From assembly GCA_963727895.1 (NCBI GenBank), contig CAVSHT010000011.1, positions 286,299 through 350,298 of the forward strand: DNA of 64,000 nt. Reading direction: 5' to 3'. This DNA comes from an uncultured Methanosarcinaceae archaeon (GTDB lineage: Archaea > Halobacteriota > Methanosarcinia > Methanosarcinales > Methanosarcinaceae). Below, one piece after another: positions 53,834 through 64,000 of the stretch. Under the pieces are notes generated by a model that was given only the letters and a program-made list of their open reading frames with translations, did not search any database and was not told the origin of the DNA. The position numbers and the translations under genes were made by a program. The stretch's first letter is position 1. Every line of letters begins with the position of its first letter.

Positions 53834-54511
53834 ATGGATATATCGGGGAGTAAACACCTTAGGGGAGCTAATCTAATCGGAGCCAAACTTCAAGGAGCAG
53901 ACTTTCAAGAGGCTAACCTTATAAAAACTAACCTTGAAGGAGCTGACCTTCGCGGGGCTAACCTTATAAAAGCTGATCTTAGAGGGGCTAACCTTTCAGA
54001 TACTCACCTTCTTAAAGGTAAAGGAGCAGATCTTCGAGAGGCTAACCTTCAAGAGGCTAATCTACAGGGAGCTCAGCTTATGAAAGCTAATTTTCAGGAG
54101 TCTAATCTTGAAAAAGCTAACCTTCAACTGGCTGACCTTCATCTGGCTAATCTTATGGGGGCTAACCTTAGAAACGCTAACTTTCAAATTGCTAATCTTG
54201 GAGAAGCTAATCTGCAGAAAACCAGCCTTGAGAATGCTGATCTATACGAAGCAGACATGCAAGAGGCAAATCTTCAAGAAGCTAATCTTAGATGCGCTAA
54301 TCTCTATGGAGCTGATCTTCATAAAGCCAATCTTCTTAGAGCTGAGCTTCAAGAAGCCAATTTTGAAGGAGCTAACCTTACTGGAGTCCATAACTTGTCG
54401 ATTGAGCAGCTTTCCAATGTAAAAACACTTTACAATGCAAAATTAGACGAAGAAATCTTAATTCCATTAAAGGAGAAGTACCCTACTCTGTTTGAAAAGC
54501 CTGATGAATAA
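53834..54511 (+). CDS. Pentapeptide repeat protein
   Basis: Many A(N/D)Lxx repeats; C-terminus LSNVKTLYNAKLD...LKEKYP.LFEKP. Confidence 0.9.
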   Translation: MDISGSKHLRGANLIGAKLQGADFQEANLIKTNLEGADLRGANLIKADLRGANLSDTHLLKGKGADLREANLQEANLQGAQLMKANFQESNLEKANLQLADLHLANLMGANLRNANFQIANLGEANLQKTSLENADLYEADMQEANLQEANLRCANLYGADLHKANLLRAELQEANFEGANLTGVHNLSIEQLSNVKTLYNAKLDEEILIPLKEKYPTLFEKPDE

Positions 54512-54792
54512 TTAAATATTTTCAAAAATTCCAATTTTATTCCTTTGAATTCCAATATCGTTTCTTTGAATTCCAATTTCATTCCATTTTTATCTCGTTA
54601 ATGCTTTCTCTCTTATTTTGCTGTCTCTTTAGCTTGCATCTTATATTCTAAGTGAACAGTGTTCAAGATCTTTATTAATGAGTTGTATTTATTAAAGATT
54701 AGTAGAATTTTTTATACAGTCCAGAAATAATTCAAGATCTCTAAGTTGAAGTACAATTTAATCATCATGATATAAAATCGGGGTAAAAGACA

Positions 54793-55937
54793 ATGAAAGC
54801 TGCACTTCTCTTACTTACTTTTTTCCTTATATCCGTTTTTCCGGTCTCAGCATCCGATAATTCTCACACTGAAAAAACGAGTACAGCCCATATAACCGAT
54901 CTTTATAGCGATCTTGAGTCTTTTGATGTAACTCTCACCTCAGACCAGCCCGAAAATAACTTGAGTCTTGAAGTGCTTCTTGTTAAACCCGTGGGAACAA
55001 CTGAAGAAACTCTTGGAAGACAGATCTTTTCCGTTGACAGTGTTCCTACAAATAAACAGGTAATAAAGGTGGGTTTATGGAATGTTGGAAACCCTGAACG
55101 TGGATCTTATAAGTTAAAAGCCAGGCTTTTTGAAGGTCAGCAAACTCTCTCCGAATCTGAATATAATTTTGCTTACGGCACCAATTCTGCATCAAGGCTT
55201 CAGGTAAATGACCTGGTCGCGAATTCTCAGGGGATCAGCGTTGCGCTTTCTCCAAAAGAAGCTTCTATTTTTGATATCGAATATATGCTTGTAAATGGTT
55301 CAGATGTTGTTTATACAACAAAAGCTGAAAAATTATCACTTACCAGCTCTCCAGAAATTTTGTCTGCTCTCTGGGGCACACTTCTTGAAAACAATAAAGA
55401 GTATGTTGGAAGGGTAAAGATTCAGGTTTATTCCCCTGAAAAAGAAATTATAAGCTCAACTGAACGGTTTACTGCCAGCGACAATGCAGAAATTACCGAT
55501 ACCTACAAGGTGATACCGGAGCAAGTGCAACTGTTTATGGGCGTTCTCAGGTGCCTTTTGAAGGAAACCTGGTTTTTTCAGTATACAAATTGAACTCAAA
55601 TTCTGAAAATAGGAATTCAAGTCTTATTGAATCTATCCAGCAAAGGGTTCCAGTGCTGATGAATAATGATGATGAAACCGTTGAGGTTGCCTGGAACCAC
55701 AGGCTTCTTGAAGGAATTTACAGACTTGAAATCGATCTTCTGGGAAATGACGATGAAGTTCTTGAGCACAGGGAAACAGCTATCGAATCAGATTTATCAC
55801 AGAATTACAACGTTAGCCTTGTAAATAATACGTCAGAAACAGAGAGTTCAGGTAAAAACGGAATCCCCGGGTTTTCTGCTACAGCTTTAATTTCGGAGCT
55901 TGCTGCTATTTCGATCCTTTTCAGGAACAAAATTTGA
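54793..55937 (+). pseudogene. Secreted protein with PGF-CTERM-like tail, one frameshift at about 55510
   Basis: Signal peptide; second frame DTGASATVYGRSQVPFEG... ending GIPGFSATALISELAAISILFRNKI. Confidence 0.75.
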
Positions 55938-55962
55938 AACCAAATCTAAGGCTGTGAGTCCA

Positions 55963-57132
55963 ATGCGTTATGAACTATTTATTGCTCTCAGGCAGATTCG
56001 AGCAAGAAAATTTCAGACAATTATATCTATTGGAGCTATAGCTCTTGCCGTGATGGTACTTACTGTTTCCCAGGCTCTAATGGTTGGTTTTACTGGCGAG
56101 CTATATAATACCACGGTAAATAAACTTCCTCACGTCTCGGTTTCTCCGCAAGAAGGTGAAGACTATATTTATCTATACCAAACCCTTATTAACCAGACCG
56201 AAAAAATCGAAGGTGTTTCTGCAGTTTCTCCTTTTCTCACAGGAAAAGCTTCTTTCAGATTCAAGACAAATTCTCTTAACGCTGAACTAAAAGGCATTCT
56301 CTCTTCAAAGGAAAATAATATCAGTGATATTGAATCAGATATGGTTGAAGGGAATTTCAAGGAACTTGAATACTCAAAAAATACGGCAGTAATTGGCTCG
56401 AAAATGGCAGATAAGCTTGAGGTTAATCTGGGGGATTCAGTTGACGTTTCTTTTCCCAATGCAAATCCTCTTTCTCTTAGAATAGTTGGAATTTTCCATA
56501 CTAGTTCTCCTCTGGATGAACCCCTTACATATACTTCTCTGGAGACTGCCCAGAAGTTCTACAATGTTCCAGATGTGATTAATGATCTCTCTGTTAGGCT
56601 TGAAGATTTTAACAGGGACAGAGAAGTTGCTGCTCAGATCAAAAAAACCGGTTATAAGGCAAAAGGCTGGACCGAAACCAATCCTGAAATTCTTAGAACA
56701 ATTGCCATTGAGAGCACTTCCAATAGCGTAGTTCTTGGTCTGATTGTAGTCATTGATTCTTTTGGAGTGGTTAGCGCTTTGAATCTTTCAGTTATAAGCG
56801 CAATAAGCCAGATAGGTATGCTCAGGGCAATGGGAGCTACGATTTCTAGTATCAGGACAATTTTTATATTTCAAAGTGGAATTCTTGGATTTTTAGGTGC
56901 TTTTATTGGGACTCTTACAGGAGTTGCAATATCTCTGGGCATAGATCAATATGAAATGCCAGCAGCCTCCTCTGAACTTTACGGCGGAATGACAACTATT
57001 CCTATTATTGTCCGGACTGGAGATATCCTTGTCATTATTCTTGCAGTTTTTCTGCTGAACCTCATTGCCGGGATCTACCCTGCTCAGCAGGCAGCTAAAC
57101 TCGATCCTGTTAAAGCCATAAGTTCAAAGTAA
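55963..57132 (+). CDS. ABC transporter permease, LolE/MacB-FtsX family
   Basis: MRYELFIALRQI, IGMLRAMGA, YPAQQAAKLDPVKAI. Confidence 0.9.
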   Translation: MRYELFIALRQIRARKFQTIISIGAIALAVMVLTVSQALMVGFTGELYNTTVNKLPHVSVSPQEGEDYIYLYQTLINQTEKIEGVSAVSPFLTGKASFRFKTNSLNAELKGILSSKENNISDIESDMVEGNFKELEYSKNTAVIGSKMADKLEVNLGDSVDVSFPNANPLSLRIVGIFHTSSPLDEPLTYTSLETAQKFYNVPDVINDLSVRLEDFNRDREVAAQIKKTGYKAKGWTETNPEILRTIAIESTSNSVVLGLIVVIDSFGVVSALNLSVISAISQIGMLRAMGATISSIRTIFIFQSGILGFLGAFIGTLTGVAISLGIDQYEMPAASSELYGGMTTIPIIVRTGDILVIILAVFLLNLIAGIYPAQQAAKLDPVKAISSK

Positions 57133-57270
57133 GTATAGATGTAAGATTATTCTTTGACTTATTTCCATTAAAACCTAAATTTGACAGTATTCACTAGTTG
57201 AGATTGAAAATCTCTCCTATTTTTAGCTCAATTTGATTTGACAAAAACTCCTGAATACATAAAATTTTGT

Positions 57271-57387
57271 GGCATTGTTAACTAAATATATCTAGTTCTT
57301 TATTTCTATATTTCATCAATAGAAGAACCGAGTACTTTAGCATTTCAAGACTCTTCGTATAACACTTCTCTTCGTATAACACTTTGT
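57271..57387 (-). mobile_element. IS1 right-end fragment
   Basis: GGCATTGTTA IR followed by the insB 3' end; includes a short duplication of CTCTTCGTATAACACTT. Confidence 0.85.
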
Positions 57388-58005
57388 TCGGCTGCATTTT
57401 CTGCCAGAATAGGAGATCTCAACTAATCCTGATGCTGAAAATCTAATCTATCCAAGGAAATTCGCAAAGCTGATCGACCTCAGGAGAGTGCATGGAGCAA
57501 AAAATGTGAATTTTGTCACCCCTAATCCACACGTTCATGCAGTCCTGAAGATAGTTTGAGAAATCTCTGTAAACACGCCTGTTGTCTGGAATTCAAATAT
57601 GTACCACTCCCCGGAAATTGCAGAAATCCTCGAAAGGATCGTGGATGTCTACCTCGAGAATTTTAAATACAGAAATAATGTGTGTGCCAGAAAGTATTCA
57701 AAAATAAAAAATTGTCTGGATATAGTGCAGCCAAATTTTGAATTCGTCTATGAAACCGCAGAAATTCTCCTTCGACACCTGGTTTTTCCAAACCATCTGG
57801 AATGTTGCACAAGGTCGGTTGCTGAATGGACTGCAAAACATACCCACAAATAAGGTTCAACCTCATGTTTCAATACAGACCATGCTATAGAGCTATGGAA
57901 TATCCAGAGATTGGTCGTTCCCTGACTCATGAAGAAGGATCTAAGGCAATTGCTATTGTAAAAAAGTTAGGTATTGAGGATTTATTGGTCTTACTTCAAA
58001 TTTAG
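57388..58005 (+). pseudogene. PflX-like radical SAM protein, 5'-truncated pseudogene
   Basis: GCIFCQN remnant, GAKNVNFVTP, PVVWNSNMY, VDVYL..FKY, RHLV.PNH, NLMFQYRP; internal stop and frameshifts. Confidence 0.8.
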
Positions 58006-58035
58006 AGTAATGTTGCAATAAGTTAACTTCGCAGT

Positions 58036-58785
58036 CTATTCCCCTTTAAGTCGAAACATTATTGCATGATATTTATATTCATAGTACATTGATTGCACAT
58101 AACGCATCTTAAAGCCGTGATTATTTGCAATTTTTTGGATATTATAAGGGTTATGCGAAAAACCGTAAATATTTTTCGGACTATTTTTTAGGGCCGCCAG
58201 TATTGAAGCTCTAAAATCACAACCTACTCTATATAAAGCTTTAATAATTCCTGCATTTGGTGCAAATATTCCTAATTTCCACAAAGGATATAAGCGTGGG
58301 TCCAATATATCAAAAAAAACTATTTTACCATTTGTACTGAGATGCCTTGATGCACTAGCAATAAATGCATCGATTTCTTGAAGCGTTAAGTACTGGATTA
58401 CTCCAGCTGCAGTTATTCGATCAAAAGTAAAGTTCAAGTTTTCCCAGAGTGTTTCATGATTAGCTAGTATCAAGTCGATATTATTACAATTTTTGTCCTT
58501 GAGCCTTTTACTTGCCTCGTCAAGCATGGATGGTGAAAAATCCGCTCCGACTAGCTGTTCATATTCCGGAGCATAGTAAGTTAAGAGTTCTGCGGAACCA
58601 CATCCAAAGTCAAGAAGAGTTTTGCCTCCATCAAGGTGAAATAATTTCTCTTTAGCTTCCATAGAAAGAAATTCTTCAGATGAATATCTATGTCCTCCGT
58701 GGGTCTTATCTTTAAAAAAATCTTCCCAGATATTCTTTGGTTTTGTACGCGTTTTTTCCACCAATTCTATATTCCCTAATTCCAT
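58036..58785 (-). CDS. Class I SAM-dependent methyltransferase
   Basis: LLDFGCGSAE, GADFSPSML, FDRI...GVIQYL; ATG at 58785 after GAGGAG. Confidence 0.88.
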   Translation of the reverse strand: MELGNIELVEKTRTKPKNIWEDFFKDKTHGGHRYSSEEFLSMEAKEKLFHLDGGKTLLDFGCGSAELLTYYAPEYEQLVGADFSPSMLDEASKRLKDKNCNNIDLILANHETLWENLNFTFDRITAAGVIQYLTLQEIDAFIASASRHLSTNGKIVFFDILDPRLYPLWKLGIFAPNAGIIKALYRVGCDFRASILAALKNSPKNIYGFSHNPYNIQKIANNHGFKMRYVQSMYYEYKYHAIMFRLKGE

Positions 58786-59245
58786 ACCCCTTCTCCTCAG
58801 ATAAATTTTTAATTTATATTTGGCAAACGTATTATTTACCAACTGCATTAATTCATTTAGAGCTCGCAAAAAGAATACTATTTAATTTTACATAGTTGTA
58901 TAGTGTGATAGTGTGTCTAATTTTTTTAAAAGATACTTTCCAGATCATCGTATCTTAGGACAAAACATATTACACTATTTTCTTTTATTCCCCATAATAC
59001 TCCTACTTGATAATGAAATATATACCTGATCTTTGAAAATATTATGTCACTGAATAGCTATTTCCTCTTATAAGTATAAATTATGAAAGTTCCTTTATAT
59101 ATCTGCATTCGCATTTTTCTATTTATATTTCGTGGATAAGTAACACTAGTATAGAATATATATTAAAAAATAGGCAATAACTTACCGTTATCCGGTAAAA
59201 TGTAAAGAAAAATTATCAGTTACTTTAGATAAAAATCAGAAAAAA

Positions 59246-59560
59246 ATGGCAAATACTAAAAGATTACTTTCTGGCATTGCTGCTGCAGTAATCTCCTGTA
59301 AAAACAATAGAAATAGTAGGAAGAGATATGTTAAATATCTCTCTGAAAGAAATCATCTAAATAAAGCTTTCGACAAGCATGAATCAGATTGGACTCTTTT
59401 TGGGAGATAAACTTTTCCTGCCTTATGCGAGGATACAGAATTTTGTAGAAAAGTCAAAAGAAACAAATGCTGATACAATTAGACTCTCTGCTCTGATGAC
59501 CACAACTCCTCAAGTTAGAAGGAAATTATTGGCATGATTAGAGAATGTCGTAAAAGCAAA
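59246..59560 (+). pseudogene. Collapsed remnant of a methyltransferase corrinoid protein
   Basis: Fragments MAN...SGIAAAVISCK, KLFLP, NFVEKSKETNADTIRLSALMTTT resemble the B12 cap and B12-binding domains. Confidence 0.6.
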
Positions 59561-59737
59561 AGAACTGCTGCTCTGAAATAGAATTATATCTAAATCAACT
59601 ATCCAAATTGAATTTATCTTAAGGGACAATAAAAATGGCAATCAAATATGCTTTACGTATGGGAGACGGGAAATACGTCTTCCTTACTAAAGAGAAAATC
59701 AGAATGGAAATTGAAACCCGTATGTCAAAGGCTTCCA

Positions 59738-61027
59738 TTATTCCAACATCCATTTCCACACAGACGCAACTGTAATTATTTTTTTCCCAGACTTACCTTC
59801 AACTGCCACGACCTCTTCATCATCCATTGTCAAAATAAGCCCTTCTTTAAGGTTGCACTCATCCATTGCTTCGATAAGTCCCAATATTTCTCTCTCCCTA
59901 ACTATGGGACCTCCAAAGCAAATCGAAACCTGAATCGCAGCCGAAATTTTTGAGCTGCTTTTTTCTTTAATGACAAAGTCACATTCTTTTGTATTCCTAT
60001 AATAGGATACTTCTTTTTCTCTTCTTAGTAGCTCAAGGAATACAAGGTTCTCAAATCTCAGTCCCAGGCTGTCTGGATAGGCGGGATATACTGCCTTGAA
60101 AAGGCCTGTGTCCCCTACATAAATCTTGCAGAAATTATCTGTTTTCCTTCCTATTTTTTGAAAGCTATTAAATTTTGGAACCCGGTACAGTAAAAAAATA
60201 TCTTCAAGATAATCCAGATAGGTACTTATGAGTTCATCACTTTCTATTCCACTGACTTTCTTTAAGGTATCTAGGGAATATTCCGAAGCCATGTTAGAAA
60301 TCAAAAATACGGCAAGTTTTTTTAACTTATATATATCATAACCGGCTACAGCGCCTTTTTGTAATTCGTCTTCAAAGTATTTTTTGGAAAGCTTAATGTC
60401 ACCTTTTCTGATAACATCAGGAAAACCGCCGTTTTCAAAATACTGCAAAAATATACATAATAAGTCATCATTTATGGAAGGCGTAAGAAGACTCGGTTCT
60501 GGTATTTTTGTATTTTTTATTCGCAGGTATTCCTTGAAAGAGAATGGGAAAAGCTTTAAGATTTTACCTTTATCTTCAAACTTTGAAGAAAATTCATTTA
60601 TCACTTTTGATTTAGATGATGTTAGATAAATTTCTGCCCCTTGTCTATAAAGCTTATCAATCCATTTTTCCCATTCAGGAAGGTTATGTATTTCATCAAA
60701 AAAGTAGAAAATACGGCTTGCTCCATTTTTTTCGTTTTCCTTTTTGCATATTTCAGCTGCTATATCCTCAATGGCTTGTAAATGTCCAGTTCCAAAACCC
60801 TGAATCTGAAATTCTTCAAAATCAATATAAATTTTTGTACCTTCAAGGCTACTAGCAACCTGACTCATAAAGGAAGTTTTACCTGCATTGGAAGGTCCGG
60901 AAATGAACTTGATTTCACTTCCTTCTATAGAACACCAGGACAAAATATCACGGGGAACTAAATCTAAGGAATTTTGAAAAAAAGTCTGGTGACTGAGTAT
61001 CAGGGGGAGAAGTTCTGATTTTTGCAT
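59738..61027 (-). CDS. AAA+ ATPase of the AAA_14/DUF4143 type
   Basis: [54 protein letters not shown]. Confidence 0.88.
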   Translation of the reverse strand: MQKSELLPLILSHQTFFQNSLDLVPRDILSWCSIEGSEIKFISGPSNAGKTSFMSQVASSLEGTKIYIDFEEFQIQGFGTGHLQAIEDIAAEICKKENEKNGASRIFYFFDEIHNLPEWEKWIDKLYRQGAEIYLTSSKSKVINEFSSKFEDKGKILKLFPFSFKEYLRIKNTKIPEPSLLTPSINDDLLCIFLQYFENGGFPDVIRKGDIKLSKKYFEDELQKGAVAGYDIYKLKKLAVFLISNMASEYSLDTLKKVSGIESDELISTYLDYLEDIFLLYRVPKFNSFQKIGRKTDNFCKIYVGDTGLFKAVYPAYPDSLGLRFENLVFLELLRREKEVSYYRNTKECDFVIKEKSSSKISAAIQVSICFGGPIVREREILGLIEAMDECNLKEGLILTMDDEEVVAVEGKSGKKIITVASVWKWMLE

Positions 61028-61844
61028 ATTATCATAATAATTTATGGAGTGGAACTATATAGTTATTATGGCAAAAATAATTACCCATGTGTGATAATAA
61101 CCAGAAGGCATAATGCTGAAATAATTACCAAAAAGTGTAAAATGTTCCGCAAACTTTTGGGGTTAAATTTTTCGCTGGTGAAAGACATTTTTTTATAGGC
61201 ACTTATATCAGTAAGATGTTAATTTAATAGCGTTAAAATAAATTCATAGAAACATATAAATAAAGGAGTAAATCGGACCTATTTATAAATATGAAAGAGG
61301 TCAGAATATAAGTTATGGCCAGTAGATATGGATCTATTCTCAAGCAGAGTCAAATGAATAGTTAATGTTCAGTTAATCGATAATTTCCCTACAGTAAATA
61401 ATCCATTAGTTTCTCAGGGTTTTTTAAATGTCATTGTTCTTGGTTCACAAACTATTTTTTATTTATGAAGTCCTATAAGGCATAGAATGTTTTTCTTTTG
61501 AGGTTTTCCAAATGAGATGGGATGATATTTTAAGTTGCTTTCGAACTCGCTAAGACATCTTTTTTCAGTTAGACTACTTTCTGCTAAAAGGAATTTCCTA
61601 CACTAAATAGAATTATCTGGATTATGTGTCAGTACATCGTTTGATATATTGATAAAATAGATAATATTTTGTCATAATTATATAATTATATACTAATTTA
61701 AATTAAATTGAGATTTAGGGAATATTCATATTGGATAAAGGCCATATATTATTGGACTTTGGTTTATATTGGTTTCTTATTTATATTTCGTTAGTAATTA
61801 TATCCTCTGAATAATAATACTCTTCTGAATCAATTAAAAAATCA

Positions 61845-62583
61845 GGTATTGATACTTAAACATAGTTATATACTATTAGAAAGTATATTTCTTCATGAAC
61901 TGCCCAAGATGCAATAGTTCCAGTCACAAAAAGAATGGTATAGTTGGTGGGCGTCAACGCTACAAATGCCATGATTGTAGCTATAACTATACAGTAGAGC
62001 TAAAATCAACTGCTTTTTCCGCTTTTGTAAAAAGACAGGCTTTACAACTTTACCTTGAAGGATTGGGCTTTCGTTCAATAGGACGATTTTTAGGGGTGAG
62101 TCATGTTTCTGTCCAAAGATGGATCAAGAAATTTGGTCAGGAGTTAGAGGCCCTAAAAAGTGAAAGTGAGATATCTATTGTTGAAATGGATGAGATGCAC
62201 ACTTACATCGGTAACAAAAAAAATATTGCTGGATCTGGATTGCTGTTGATAGAGTTGGGAAAAAGTTCATCAACTGCTCTTTTGATAGCAGAGGAACGGA
62301 AACTGGACAACTACTCTGGGAAAAATTGAAGAAAAAATAGATTGGAGAAGTGATGACAGATCACTGGGGAGCATATGCAGAGTTTCGTCCAGAAAAGATC
62401 CATACTCAATCAAAAGCAGAAACGTATACTGTTGAAGGATATAACAGCATATTGAGGCACTTTCTGGCAAGGTTGAGAAGAAAGACAAAGTGTTATACGA
62501 AGATATTGAAATGCTAAAGTACTCGGTTATTCTATTGATGAAATACAGAAATAAAGAACTAGATATAGTTAAGTAACAATGCC
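61845..62583 (+). mobile_element. IS1-family element, copy 4 (739 bp) with perfect 8-bp TSD
   Basis: TSD AAAAATCA on both sides; insA intact; insB has TAG at 62338 and a 1-nt deletion near 62503. Confidence 0.95.
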
Positions 62584-63329
62584 AAAAATCACTTTCATTA
62601 ATATACATATGATCATTTCTCTAATGAGAAATCTAATCATAAAATATGATGATAAGTGATAAACTCTCAATTAAATATAACAACAACTTACTTGTGCAGT
62701 TCAAATCTTACTTGTGCAGTTCAAATAGAACTACATAGACAAGAAGCAAAAAAGAATATCTGCAACTATAGAGGAAATAGTATTAGTTGCTAACTTTAAA
62801 AATATGGGTCTATAGCCATCAATTCAAAAAAAGTTTCCATAAGCTGCTCGCTATGTCTTGAAAAGATGGCCATTGATCTAAAATTATTCTTAAGTTTTTC
62901 ACTTTTGCATTGAAAATTATATGCTGTTATTTATTACCAGCATGAGTACATTGTGAAACAAGTTTTTTCATAGTAGCACTTTACTTGATAGAAAGATACA
63001 GTTAAAAATCCTCTTGGCATTATATTTTCCCCCTTATTTTAGCTAATTCTTCTTATGGTTTTCACCTTTGTATTTATATATTATTTAAGCAGGATGAGCA
63101 TTTTTTTAATTTAGAATGTTCACGCTTCTAGTTTGTCTCTTTATCAGCCCCCATCTTGCTGTTTATTCATAGCAATTATTTTTAAAAACTTGTTTGGCCA
63201 TTTATTTTAAATTCAAAACAAACAGGTTTAATTTTAATTGCCAGAGAATATAAACAATTATACAACCATAAATTATATAAGTACAATATAATAAATTTTT
63301 CGTATTTCTAAATAGTCTTTGAATATCTC

Positions 63330-63569
63330 GACTACCGGCCCGACGTTCTCCTCCTGGACGCGCTCATGCCCAAGATGGACGGCCGCGAGGTGGGCCGCCG
63401 CCTGAAGGACAACCCGGCCACCTCGGGGGTAAAGGTGATCGTCATGACCTCCACGTTCACGGCGACCAAGTACAAGACCGAGGCCCTCACCGCCTTCCGC
63501 GCCGACGAGTACATCACCAAGCCCGTGGACTTCAAGCTGCTCGAGGCGCTCCTCAAGAAACTTACCTGA
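63330..63569 (+). pseudogene. High-GC bacterial response-regulator receiver domain, 5'-truncated
   Basis: DYRPDVLLLDALMPKMDGREV...VIVMTS...YITKP; no start codon or N-terminal acidic pair. Confidence 0.8.
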
Positions 63570-63646
63570 CCACTCCACAGGCGTGATAAACTCAATAGGT
63601 TAAGGGCGGAGGGGTCTCCTCCGCCCGAACCGGTAGCGGTGCCCCC

Positions 63647-63962
63647 GTGGCGAGTCAGGAGAAGGAAGGCGGGGAGGCGAGGGAAGCCGCTCCGGCCCGT
63701 GCCGGTGATTTCATCCGAGACATCGTGGCGAAGGACCTCGAGGCCGGGAAGTGCCCCTTCCCCGTCACTCGCTTTCCTGCAGACCAACGGCTATTTGCAT
63801 ATCGGGCATGCCAAGTCCATCTGCCTCAATTTCGGCACGGCGGCGGGGTTTGGCGGGGTTTGCCACCTGCGCTTCGACGACACCAACCCGAGCAAGGAAG
63901 AAGAGGAATTCGTCGAGTCGATCTAGGAAACGTCCGCTGGTTGGGGTTTGACTGGGGCGATC
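63647..63962 (+). pseudogene. glnS: Bacterial glutaminyl-tRNA synthetase N-terminal fragment, disrupted
   Basis: FIRDIV..DL..GK...VTRFP / [17 protein letters not shown] / [17 protein letters not shown] / VRWLGFDW in shifting frames, with a TAG at 63924. Confidence 0.85.
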
Positions 63963-64000
63963 CTTGAGGGCCCGCTCCAGCTCCTCTGGAGTGTGCACCG

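Noticed and set aside
53834..54511. Qnr/MfpA quinolone resistance protein
   Set aside because: Generic A(N/D)Lxx repeats only; no Qnr-specific features recognised
63273..63998. Minus-strand ORFs in the GC-rich tail
   Set aside because: Shadow ORFs of the plus-strand receiver and glnS fragments

Overview
AT-rich archaeal chromosomal segment, most consistent with Methanosarcina (inferred from mfnDFE, EF-1beta with a zinc-finger gene, AglB, grpE-dnaK-dnaJ and archaeal IS1 copies). In order: (1) housekeeping genes (MFS/MarR, prs, moaC, nnr, TrkA-N/DHH phosphoesterase) and a secreted protein; (2) a surface-glycosylation locus of about 18 kb (aglB, four GT4, wzm/wzt, a coiled-coil methyltransferase, a GT2-GtrA plus membrane-protein pair, an ArnC-like GT2); (3) a K+ uptake cluster of about 12 kb (KimA-like permease, two kinase-less KdpD paralogues, kdpABC with three 43-bp repeats in its leader, a dead trkH); (4) the dnaK chaperone locus, methanofuran genes, ef1b and tRNA-Ala(CGC); (5) a relic-rich accessory stretch with a triple hairpin repeat. 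At about 63.33 kb the sequence switches abruptly to high-GC bacterial DNA (receiver-domain and glnS fragments). Four IS1 copies and one IS1 end are present. Many broken genes carry almost only single-base insertions, which may be consensus errors; trkH, pflX and several IS copies carry nonsense changes and the corrinoid relic has large deletions, so these look like real decay. All calls come from reading the sequence; no database searches were run.
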